From a virus (Duplodnaviria; Caudoviricetes), in the IMG/VR virus record IMGVR_UViG_3300011443_000047, positions 1 to 26,237 of that record: a stretch of 26,237 nt of DNA. One strand, given 5' to 3'. Of the stretch, positions 9,233 through 17,488 are shown one piece after another. The first letter of the stretch is position 1; every line of letters begins with the position of its first letter. The translations under genes and the position numbers were made by a program. Under the pieces are notes generated by a model. The model did no database searches. It saw only the letters and a list, made by a program, of their open reading frames with translations, and had not been told where the DNA came from.

Positions 9233-9236
9233 TCTT

Positions 9237-9773
9237 CTACTTCTTGGCTGCCGCGCGGCGCTCAGCGTCCTTGACCAGGAGGTCGCTCTCACCTTCCCCG
9301 TTGTTGGGGTTGGACAGACTGAGCGACTGCGGACCAGTCTTCTCCTTCAGCGCGACCGGGTCATTGAGCGACAGCACACCGATGAGCTTGTCGAACTCAG
9401 ACTGCGTGCCGTGTTGCAGCGACAGTTCGACCGCCGAGTTGCTGGGCCCAATGTACAGCGCAGCCATCTGATCCCGAACCGCTGGTGTGATGCGCGCCGC
9501 GGCCACGAGACCGTCGAGCTTCATCTTCCGGTTGTCGGCAGCCAAACTGACCAACGTTGCGTCCGGCTTCGACTTGTTGCCTGACGACGCTGAGATCGTC
9601 TTGACCTGGTTGGTCAGTTCGAGGATCTTCTCTTCCAGGGTTTTCTTTTCCTGGGAAAGACTCGTGTTGGTCTTCACGAGCTCTGATGCGCAGGCTGACA
9701 GCTGCTGCTCCGCCGTCTCCTGCTTGAACTCCTTCACGCCGAGCAGCTCAGCGAGTTTCTTCAACCACTCCAC
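9237..9773 (-). CDS. Probable internal in-frame scaffolding protein (Mu gpZ-like)
   Basis: AAGGAGG-7 nt-GTG at 9773, in frame, at the protease/coiled-coil boundary (..QGGHP|VEWLKKLAELLG). Confidence 0.7.
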   Translation of the reverse strand: MEWLKKLAELLGVKEFKQETAEQQLSACASELVKTNTSLSQEKKTLEEKILELTNQVKTISASSGNKSKPDATLVSLAADNRKMKLDGLVAAARITPAVRDQMAALYIGPSNSAVELSLQHGTQSEFDKLIGVLSLNDPVALKEKTGPQSLSLSNPNNGEGESDLLVKDAERRAAAKK

Positions 9774-10430
9774 AGGGTGGCCTCCTTGATGCGACGCCGC
9801 TATCGGCACAAAGGCACCGAGACCCGGAACGACCGGATCTGTACACAGAGCCACGTGCGTTATCGGCTGGTGATACCTGATCCCATTTCCGTCTATGAAC
9901 TCAGCAGGGGAGTGAATGCTCACGTCGCTCCGCGCTGCTGCTAGAATTCCGTCTTCACCGATCATGCTGCATTCCATGACCAGTTCGTCGCCCTCGATAC
10001 GCATGTGATCAACATACCCTCGGTTCATGTCCGGGTTGCCGTCACCTGCGTGAGTACTGGGAATAGGGACACGAATGCCGTTCGATTTCATCTCGGCAAA
10101 GGTTTCAGCCCAGTGCTCCAACATTGACAGGTCTACGTGCACCTTCTGATTTGTCGACGCCTTGAACCACTCGCCGCGCTTGATGACGGTTTTCTTGAAC
10201 TTCTGAACCGGTTGACCGTTGATCGTTTGGCGGTCGCCCTTGGCCACGAACGGTTTACCCGACGCGCAGATGAACACGCTGGACATTGCAGTGCCGCCTG
10301 TCCACCGTCGCTCGCAGACCGCCGTACGCTGCGTCTTGTCAGGGAACTCCTCGTTCATGACAGCGTCGCCCACACAGCGAGTAATAAACCCGTCTCTGCT
10401 TTCGCCTTGGTTCGGTTTTGGCAACGGCAT
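9237..10430 (-). CDS. Mu gpI-like prohead protease / scaffold
   Basis: Between MuF and the decoration gene. Motifs IKRGEW, VPIPSTH, DVSIH, ITHVALCTDPVVPGL, then a coiled-coil scaffold region with 'VAAARITPA'. Confidence 0.85.
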   Translation of the reverse strand: MPLPKPNQGESRDGFITRCVGDAVMNEEFPDKTQRTAVCERRWTGGTAMSSVFICASGKPFVAKGDRQTINGQPVQKFKKTVIKRGEWFKASTNQKVHVDLSMLEHWAETFAEMKSNGIRVPIPSTHAGDGNPDMNRGYVDHMRIEGDELVMECSMIGEDGILAAARSDVSIHSPAEFIDGNGIRYHQPITHVALCTDPVVPGLGAFVPIAASHQGGHPVEWLKKLAELLGVKEFKQETAEQQLSACASELVKTNTSLSQEKKTLEEKILELTNQVKTISASSGNKSKPDATLVSLAADNRKMKLDGLVAAARITPAVRDQMAALYIGPSNSAVELSLQHGTQSEFDKLIGVLSLNDPVALKEKTGPQSLSLSNPNNGEGESDLLVKDAERRAAAKK

Positions 10431-10434
10431 CGTA

Positions 10435-11385
10435 CTAGCTCCGTACTAGGTGCACTAATGCACCAGGGTTGAAGTCGAATCCCTTGTCCGGTCCTGGAGT
10501 AATCACTTCGCCGTCCAATTCGAACGGATCAGGTACCGGTACGATCTCACGCTCTTCGAATATTGGTATCACCTGACAACGGCAAGCATAGCCGTTAGGT
10601 GGCATAATCTGTTCCCACGCAGGGTCGTCTTTTGGCAGTGTTACACCTTCAAGCGCCGCGTGCTCTGGACGGACCCGGCCATCGCCAGCGGTTACATATT
10701 TGTAACCCCAGAGGATTTCTGCAACAGCCGGGTCCTGCTCCAGCGACCGTTGGCCAACCGACAGGGCCAGTTGTGTCTGTGTACGGTAAATCAGTTCAAG
10801 AGTGAACGCGTTATCAGGTACGATACCCAGCGCTTCGAAGGCGTCATCCAGCATCTGTACACCACGACGCAGTGAAACGTCTTGCGTACGAATAGCGGCC
10901 ATGACACCTTGCAGTTGCCGGTCCACGCGTTCGTCCAGAGTCGTTAGCAACCGAGCAGCCACAGGGGAGTACATTTGCTCAAGAGCATTTAGCTCTGCAA
11001 AAGTCAACCCCGCGCGACGGCGCAGGAAATCAGACGACACTTCCAGAAGACGGTTGGCTGAGATAGCCAGTGAGACTGACGGTGGCACTATCCACTGAAC
11101 CCGTCTCTGGAAGGTGATGAGCTGAGCCCGTATCACTTCATTGGTCATACCGACCAGGTGCGCGTTGACAAGCGCCCGCACAGCAAGACGGTTTAAAGCT
11201 AGCAGCTGCTGACGTACTGCCGTGCTCGGGTTACCGCCCTCGCGCAGAGCGCGCTTGCTCGCGGCTCGAGCGCGCGTAAGCACAACGCGCGAAGCTGCCA
11301 GTGCACGTGCCACTGTCAGGTTCAGTCGACGCTGTTGCTTTGCAGCCACGCGCCGTTCGTATGCAGTTGTCTTACTCGTCGGCAT
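10435..11385 (-). CDS. MuF (Mu gpF / SPP1 gp7-like) minor head protein, short form without a toxin tail
   Basis: LELIYRTQTQLA, YVTAGDGRVRPEHAALEG, DDPAW..IMPPNGYACRC, PDKGFDFNPG are MuF motifs. TAATG overlap with the portal gene. Confidence 0.93.
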   Translation of the reverse strand: MPTSKTTAYERRVAAKQQRRLNLTVARALAASRVVLTRARAASKRALREGGNPSTAVRQQLLALNRLAVRALVNAHLVGMTNEVIRAQLITFQRRVQWIVPPSVSLAISANRLLEVSSDFLRRRAGLTFAELNALEQMYSPVAARLLTTLDERVDRQLQGVMAAIRTQDVSLRRGVQMLDDAFEALGIVPDNAFTLELIYRTQTQLALSVGQRSLEQDPAVAEILWGYKYVTAGDGRVRPEHAALEGVTLPKDDPAWEQIMPPNGYACRCQVIPIFEEREIVPVPDPFELDGEVITPGPDKGFDFNPGALVHLVRS

Positions 11386-13367
11386 TACAGTTCTTCTAGT
11401 TCAATTGCCACGCCAGGTTTTCCGCCGAAGGTCGTAGACTTAACACTAAGCACCCGGTGACGCGCACCTTTTGGCAATATAACCTCTTTTTGTTTCGGGT
11501 ACCGAGAGAACTGACCTCTTGACATTCCTGACTGCGTCGTAACTTTCATTACTACAGCGTGTGACTGAACCGATTCGTTTCGGAACCCTGTAGCGAACTT
11601 CTTCGCCATTTTGGGATCTTCAGTGAAGCTCGTGAACGAATCAGTTGTCAAGACGTCTCCAGGCTTTGCATTTAAAATCGCGTTGCCTTCACTAACATTC
11701 ATCCCGCGATACGCGTCACCTTCGAACTTCGGCGCCTTAGCGTATGCAGACTCCAGGTCGTGAACTTGATCAGTCACCCAGTCTTGAGCCTCCGACGGGT
11801 TTATTTGCGCATTCTTGAGAACCCAGCTGCTTTCTTCCCACGACTCAAGAGCCAATTGCTCGTTGTGGGTTAAGTTTGAATCCCAGTTATCGATACGCTG
11901 TTCAAAAGATTGTCCTGCCGCAGACGGAGTTTTACCGATCAGGTCCGACGGCCCTTTTTCTATCTTACCGTCTTTGATAAAGACGCGTGCACCGTTGATC
12001 GTTACCCACCGTCCAGAACCGTCTTCTGATAGGCTAAGCTCTGTCTCAGCCTTCTTGCGTTTTGCCGGATCCATACCGGGGTCAGGCTCTGATTCTGGAC
12101 GGTCGACCGGGTTCTCATTCAGCGGAATGTCCAGCTGCTCTTGAACGCTGCCCCAGTCAACGCGATCAATCAGTTCAATAGCCACCTCGCCCTGCAAGGC
12201 AATCTTGTACAGCTCACGCAGGAACGCGGACTGTTTATCCGTCAGCGGCATAGGATCGCACCACACCGCTCCGCGCGCCCGTTCCCCGAAGTTCAATACC
12301 AGCAACCGGTCGGTGATCTGCTGGTTGAACGACACTGTTATCTGCTTGTGCTCTTGAGCGCGGATGAGCAGTGACAGGTCTGCATGTTCCCCAGAATCTG
12401 CCTTCGTACCGAACTGGCCTTCAAGAGCAGTTCTCTCTGGAGTGAGAAGACCGCGAACGAACCGCTTGTCCAGGTCGTTCAACCGGGTTGAGAAGTTCCC
12501 CTGTTTCGGATTGTCGTCCGACAGCATTTCGAACCGCCACTGCAAGGCCTCTTGCAATTCCTTCTCAAGCTGGGCCTTGGTGGTAGCGCTGCCGATCAGC
12601 GGCACTGAGATTCCGATATTGGGCTTTGTCAACTGGCGAGCAAACTCCTTAGCGATATCGGCATTGGACTGCTCAACGCCACCCACCTTGTTCTTTCCTG
12701 GAGGGAAGTGGACAACAGGCTTGACACCCGCAACCTTGGCGTCGTAGTCAGCGGCGACAGTGTCAGCGGAGTTCCACTTGTTGTAGGTATCGCGCACGTT
12801 CTCTAGTAGGGGTTCACCGTACCAGTTCGACCCCTCGACGTTGAACGAGAACAGCAATCCCTGCTCGGCCGGAAGCACGACTTCAGTTCCTACCGGGGTC
12901 CTCTGGGAGAAACCTGTGTATTCGCCGTTCTCGATATTGACGCGAATCTCTGTGATGTCGTGCAGCAGCTGCTTGACTTTCTTGATCACAATGTAGCCGG
13001 TCTGCGGGTCGAATACGTAGACAACTTCGAACCCCACCCAGCCAAAGTCGATTCGTCCCAGAAGCATCGCAGCGCGCACAACATGGTCGTGCAGCTTCAA
13101 CAGGTTATCGCGCACGAAATCGACCCATTCCTGCTCAGCGTCTTTGCGTGACGAGATACCCCACCCTGCTGCGATGGCGGGCGCGGCCACGAGCTCGCGA
13201 GCGAGCGCGACAGTGGGCTGTTTCCGAATCGTACGGTACGTGCCGTAGTTTGGTCGCAGTGGGGCTGCCAGTCGCGTGTCGACTGTGACAGACGCCAGTT
13301 GTGGTCCCGTCATTTCGGACGCGACAGTCTTCGGCTCGCTGACTTTCTTTGCTGCGCGTTTCGCCAT
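11385..13367 (-). CDS. Portal protein (Mu gp29/DUF935-like) fused to a C-terminal ADP-ribosyltransferase domain
   Basis: Directly after TerL. First ~415 aa portal-like (FGWVGFEVVY, NWYGEPLL, ITDRLLVLNFG). Last ~165 aa has the ART R-S-E triad: AYRGM, SFTSFT, PKQKEVILPKG. One uninterrupted frame. Confidence 0.88.
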   Translation of the reverse strand: MAKRAAKKVSEPKTVASEMTGPQLASVTVDTRLAAPLRPNYGTYRTIRKQPTVALARELVAAPAIAAGWGISSRKDAEQEWVDFVRDNLLKLHDHVVRAAMLLGRIDFGWVGFEVVYVFDPQTGYIVIKKVKQLLHDITEIRVNIENGEYTGFSQRTPVGTEVVLPAEQGLLFSFNVEGSNWYGEPLLENVRDTYNKWNSADTVAADYDAKVAGVKPVVHFPPGKNKVGGVEQSNADIAKEFARQLTKPNIGISVPLIGSATTKAQLEKELQEALQWRFEMLSDDNPKQGNFSTRLNDLDKRFVRGLLTPERTALEGQFGTKADSGEHADLSLLIRAQEHKQITVSFNQQITDRLLVLNFGERARGAVWCDPMPLTDKQSAFLRELYKIALQGEVAIELIDRVDWGSVQEQLDIPLNENPVDRPESEPDPGMDPAKRKKAETELSLSEDGSGRWVTINGARVFIKDGKIEKGPSDLIGKTPSAAGQSFEQRIDNWDSNLTHNEQLALESWEESSWVLKNAQINPSEAQDWVTDQVHDLESAYAKAPKFEGDAYRGMNVSEGNAILNAKPGDVLTTDSFTSFTEDPKMAKKFATGFRNESVQSHAVVMKVTTQSGMSRGQFSRYPKQKEVILPKGARHRVLSVKSTTFGGKPGVAIELEEL

Positions 13368-13368
13368 G

Positions 13369-14670
13369 CTACCTCGCAGATATCATTCCAATGTCACCTA
13401 CGTCGTCGAAATCCAACGGCACTTCAATCGGGAACAGCTGATACACCGCGTACCCTACCGCGTCAGTCATGTGCCCTATGTCACCGCGTTTGTCCGCGTC
13501 ACGAGTACCCGGCTTGTAGCCCGTACGCTGGAAATCCTTCACCGTGAACTTGCATCGTTTACTGAAGAACATTCTACGGTCGCCGTCTGCATTGCACAGC
13601 ATAGCGTTGACGGCAGCCCACCGATCTTGCTGCGCCGGGTTGCTGTCCTTGTAGTACACAGCTCGACCGGCCTTGCGGAACCTTGCGTCGCTCTCAATCA
13701 GTTCATAGTCGGACTGTGTTGCATTACCGCCGGCACGCGCCTTGCTTGTTGCGTCACCGTAGAACTCGAACCCCATCTTGTGTGACGCATACCGGGTCCA
13801 CAACTCGTTCAGCGTCTCAGCGGTATTGGAGTCGCGCAACACAATTTCGTCGAACCATTCCATTCGGTTTTCCCACCGGTGACCGATAGCCCAGCACATC
13901 GGCGTGATGTTGAAGTCCGATGCCACTACGATAGGCTTATCCTTGTGATACTCACACGGTCGAACATTGGCCTCGCTGAAAGCGTAATAGATACCGCCAC
14001 CTACTGTTTGCCACAGAGCACAGAACTGCTCGTTGAAGTCCTGCTCCGTCATATGCTGCCGTGCATACGTTAGCAGGTCTTGCGGCACGATATCGCCTGA
14101 CTCCCAGGTGAAAGCTTCACTCACCCCGTCCGTGCAGGCCATAGCGTTTTCGAAGGCCTCACGAAATTCTGGAGCTGAGGGACCGGTCCGCTTCGGGACA
14201 CCGATACGCCATGCCCATCCTGAACGGTGCGTGAGCGCCGGAAGAATGTTCAGGTCGAACACGCCTGGCTTCTGATCACACGACTCGTCGATTACACAAC
14301 CGTCCCACTGAACGCCTTCCACTCGCTGCGGTGCGTCAAGACCAACGCACCATAGTTGGCTTCCGAATATCGTCTCAATATACAGCTCACTGCGGTTGAT
14401 ACTCGCAATCCAATTCCTGGGACAGAGGTTGACGAGATCGTTCCAAGCGATACGCTTGGCCTGTTGGACAGTGGGCCCTCCGTAGAAGTACCTGGGGTCA
14501 CGCCACGGTTTCGGTTGTGGCAGTTGTGCTACGAGTTGCCGCTTGGCCAGTTCAGTTTTCCCCGAGCCCCGCCCTGCAACCACCAGCTTGAACCGCGCCT
14601 TCGACCGCCACAGCCGGTGTTGCACCGGGTGGTGTCGTAGTTGGGACCAAGCTGGGCTGAGTCGAATCAC
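13369..14670 (-). CDS. terL: Terminase large subunit
   Basis: Walker A AGRGSGKT, PTVQQAK, Walker B CVIDES, nuclease motifs ASDFN and HMTDAVGY. Confidence 0.96.
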   Translation of the reverse strand: MIRLSPAWSQLRHHPVQHRLWRSKARFKLVVAGRGSGKTELAKRQLVAQLPQPKPWRDPRYFYGGPTVQQAKRIAWNDLVNLCPRNWIASINRSELYIETIFGSQLWCVGLDAPQRVEGVQWDGCVIDESCDQKPGVFDLNILPALTHRSGWAWRIGVPKRTGPSAPEFREAFENAMACTDGVSEAFTWESGDIVPQDLLTYARQHMTEQDFNEQFCALWQTVGGGIYYAFSEANVRPCEYHKDKPIVVASDFNITPMCWAIGHRWENRMEWFDEIVLRDSNTAETLNELWTRYASHKMGFEFYGDATSKARAGGNATQSDYELIESDARFRKAGRAVYYKDSNPAQQDRWAAVNAMLCNADGDRRMFFSKRCKFTVKDFQRTGYKPGTRDADKRGDIGHMTDAVGYAVYQLFPIEVPLDFDDVGDIGMISAR

Positions 14671-14999
14671 GTCAGTTCAATCTTTCCATTGCGAACAAAA
14701 AAGTGCGCACGACATCCGCTGGTTAAAAGGATAGAACTACTGCCTGCCTTCAATGTCAGGTCGACTAAACCAGTACCTTCCATTTCCCAGCGACCTGGTC
14801 CTGGCGGTCTGGGTGCGTCTACGCGCGGTCGCCAGCAGAGCACCCAATGTGTGCCGCGCGAGCCTTTATTTTTCTGATAGCACACAGGGCACATGAACAT
14901 GACACCGTCTGCTTCAGCTATGGCGACGCCGCGCTTGTGCGTCGTATCGTCAACGATACGCACGAATTCTGCACCTAACTGGGTTAGTGTCAAGCTCAC
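14667..14999 (-). CDS. DUF6527-like Cys/His small protein
   Basis: FMCPVC...HWV...W..EGT...LTL..GSSSILLTSGCRAHFFVRNGKI resembles the DUF6527 pattern (CP.C, W, TL.PS, C..H..I..G.I). GTGA overlaps at both ends. Confidence 0.65.
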   Translation of the reverse strand: MSLTLTQLGAEFVRIVDDTTHKRGVAIAEADGVMFMCPVCYQKNKGSRGTHWVLCWRPRVDAPRPPGPGRWEMEGTGLVDLTLKAGSSSILLTSGCRAHFFVRNGKIELT

Positions 15000-15325
15000 A
15001 GATTCTCTTTCACTAAGAACCGGATGATATCACTACGGAATATCATATCGGTACCGAACTCTACGCGCACCTGCCATTGCCAGTGCCCTGCGACATCAAA
15101 GAAATCAATCGGAGAGTCCCAGTGCAGTCTTCCGTCCGTCGGGTCATTTGGATTGGCCCACTGCACTTCCTGATCGGCCTCGACCGTACCGTCCGGTCGC
15201 TTGAATACGTAGTACGCGTTCGACATGTTTGTGAGGTCGATCACCGTACCGTCCAGGTCGATGCACGTTACAACGAACCTTGCACCGTAGTCACCAAGCT
15301 GAATACTTCGCTCCGCGAAACTCAT
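14996..15325 (-). CDS. BppU N-terminal-like baseplate/tail adaptor protein
   Basis: IQLGDYG..F.V...D.DG..IDLT...VFKRPDGT...DGRL.....DVAGHWQWQV.V.F....FRSD...F.VKENL is the typical BppU-like pattern. Confidence 0.75.
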   Translation of the reverse strand: MSFAERSIQLGDYGARFVVTCIDLDGTVIDLTNMSNAYYVFKRPDGTVEADQEVQWANPNDPTDGRLHWDSPIDFFDVAGHWQWQVRVEFGTDMIFRSDIIRFLVKENL

Positions 15326-16920
15326 ACGGGTGCCCTCACTGCTTGGCGACTGGGTGTCTTGCCGAATACGAACCGGTTGCTAACTGGGATACCAAACCTG
15401 GCCTGATGCTCGGGATTTTTACAGAACACGAATCGCTGGTTGCCGCGCCCGAAGTTGAACTCCTGCTCCGGGGTCTTGCCGAATATGAACCCTTGCTCTA
15501 CCAAGACGCGGTCCAATTCGATTACGCCAATAGCTTCGACACTAGCACTGCCCGACATCACTAAGACAAACTGCGCAGCGCGGTTGGCCACGCACTGCAA
15601 CGTCGAGTCCCCTTGCAGCACAGCTTCGCCCGTTATCGCACCCAGAGTAAGCTGACAGTTAGACTCTGCCACCATACTGCAAGTTGCGAACATTGTACGC
15701 TTCGCGGTTACGTCGAATGTGGAGTCGCCGGAGTCGGATACCCCTCCAGAAGCCGCGCGGGTAGCATCTGCTGTAAAAGTCGAATCGCCTTCGACAGCAA
15801 CCACACCCTGCGCGGCTCTCCCACTTTGGAGGTCTGAATAGCTATCGCCTTCCAGGAGAACCACTCCCTGGGTGATGAGTCTGGCGACGCACGCAAATTC
15901 ACTGTCACCTTGTACTGCACTGTCACCTTGTCGGGCGGCATTCGCGACACAAGCAAAATCTGACTCAGCTACGGGCGACGCTATAAGCTGCGCTGCCCGG
16001 TTTGCTGCGTGTACGTATGTTGAGTCGCCTTCTAGCAAAGCAGACGCAGATATCGGAACTTTCTTTCCGCCGAACCGAGTAGCAGCCTGCCACAGAACGT
16101 GAGGGTCTCGGGTCAAACGGCTAGCTGCGTCTTTCGAGAGACAGGTATCGTACAGCAACAGCTGAGAGGTCCAGTACCCGGCGCGGCTGCCTGACGCTGA
16201 GGCGCGGGCATTGATCAGGGCGGGTTGAGCGTTCACGTGGGCCGCTACGATATTGTTATCAACCTCACCAATAGCAATTTCGTACCCGTCCAGGAACAAG
16301 TGAGACCGCGCAGATCGAAGGTCTGTCCCTCCCGCGAGCGTGTTCAAACACCACGCCATTGTGAACCACCGGTTCGTAGGAATCGTACCCGTACCCGTAT
16401 CCAGTACCTGGTTTCCAGCACCAAGAGTTGCCTGGTTGCCGTCTGCACACGTCGCAATAAAGTTTCCGTTTGATGAATCTAAGAAAATAATAATGCCACG
16501 GAACTTCAAACTAGGAACTGTTTGCGCTCCGTCAGTACAGAACTGATAAATGCTGTGCGCACCGGTCCAGTAACATGTGATGACAACCGTGCAGGGAAGA
16601 TTGACCTTCCACTTGTGTCGGTAGGACGAAGATCCTGCTATTCGCAGTTGACAGGCGTTATCGTTCGTACCGTTGGTACTGCCTACGTTGTAGCCCCACG
16701 GACAGTCACCGCGACTGTCGTGAGTAGCGGCATTGTCAATTGCCCACGCTAGCGACGGCGGAATGAAATCGTACATCGCTGACGCGGGCGCAGCAGCAGT
16801 ATTGAATCCTATGCCCGCCAAACTGGGAGCGCAGACACCGACAAGGCCACGCCAGAGTTCTGGGTAGAGTGCTTCCGAGGGGCATCGAGCGATTTCACCT
16901 CGGGCACTTTTAACTATCAC
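15322..16920 (-). CDS. Putative virion appendage: LamG/ConA-like N-terminal domain plus ~21-aa repeat stalk
   Basis: N-terminal LWRGLVG..., NRWFTMAW..LFLDG, LLYDTCLS resemble LamG-like jelly-roll features. About eight (G/A)(D/E)S-centred repeats and three F-x-F-(G/C)-K-x-P repeats at the C-terminus. Confidence 0.6.
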   Translation of the reverse strand: MIVKSARGEIARCPSEALYPELWRGLVGVCAPSLAGIGFNTAAAPASAMYDFIPPSLAWAIDNAATHDSRGDCPWGYNVGSTNGTNDNACQLRIAGSSSYRHKWKVNLPCTVVITCYWTGAHSIYQFCTDGAQTVPSLKFRGIIIFLDSSNGNFIATCADGNQATLGAGNQVLDTGTGTIPTNRWFTMAWCLNTLAGGTDLRSARSHLFLDGYEIAIGEVDNNIVAAHVNAQPALINARASASGSRAGYWTSQLLLYDTCLSKDAASRLTRDPHVLWQAATRFGGKKVPISASALLEGDSTYVHAANRAAQLIASPVAESDFACVANAARQGDSAVQGDSEFACVARLITQGVVLLEGDSYSDLQSGRAAQGVVAVEGDSTFTADATRAASGGVSDSGDSTFDVTAKRTMFATCSMVAESNCQLTLGAITGEAVLQGDSTLQCVANRAAQFVLVMSGSASVEAIGVIELDRVLVEQGFIFGKTPEQEFNFGRGNQRFVFCKNPEHQARFGIPVSNRFVFGKTPSRQAVRAPV

Positions 16921-17453
16921 TGTATCTCATCCGGCATCGGGAACAGAACAAAGAAATGGTCTCCGTTCGTTGCCGATAGCGTACGACTCGTTCGGTTTAC
17001 CCAGCAGATACCAACGAAGTCGCAAAGCAGCGTCACAATACCGCTAGCGGTAAAGTGCTCGTTAGAGTCTGCCTTATCGATCATGATCGGTTCGATTTGC
17101 TGCATGTTCAGCAGCTTATCGAGAGACGACAGAGCAGCATCTGCATTTGCTTGATTTCCGTCCGCATAAACAGTTGCACCGGGGTGCGTCCATGCGCGAA
17201 TGATACGCTGCTCAATATACTCGCCAACGACAGGGTTACCGCCTGTGACCTTCGTACGCGCGAGCCACCCGAACCGTGTTGGGCGCGGGTTCAACGGATT
17301 GCTGCTGCCAGCGCCATTCAACATCGAGAGGTCCGCCCACTCGCTCACTCGCCCAGCAGGAGTGTTAGCAAGACTGGTAACACCAAAGGCGTTATTCCCA
17401 GCAGGCGCGAACTCGACATTCGTAATGTTCTGAGCTAAGATGATATTCGGCAC
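16917..17453 (-). CDS. Hypothetical beta-rich (probably virion) protein
   Basis: 178 aa; GTG start with GGAG SD; GTGA overlap with the next gene. Confidence 0.7.
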   Translation of the reverse strand: MPNIILAQNITNVEFAPAGNNAFGVTSLANTPAGRVSEWADLSMLNGAGSSNPLNPRPTRFGWLARTKVTGGNPVVGEYIEQRIIRAWTHPGATVYADGNQANADAALSSLDKLLNMQQIEPIMIDKADSNEHFTASGIVTLLCDFVGICWVNRTSRTLSATNGDHFFVLFPMPDEIQ

Positions 17454-17488
17454 AGGTCAGTCTCCGGCAATCGCTGCTGTCGGAAGCA

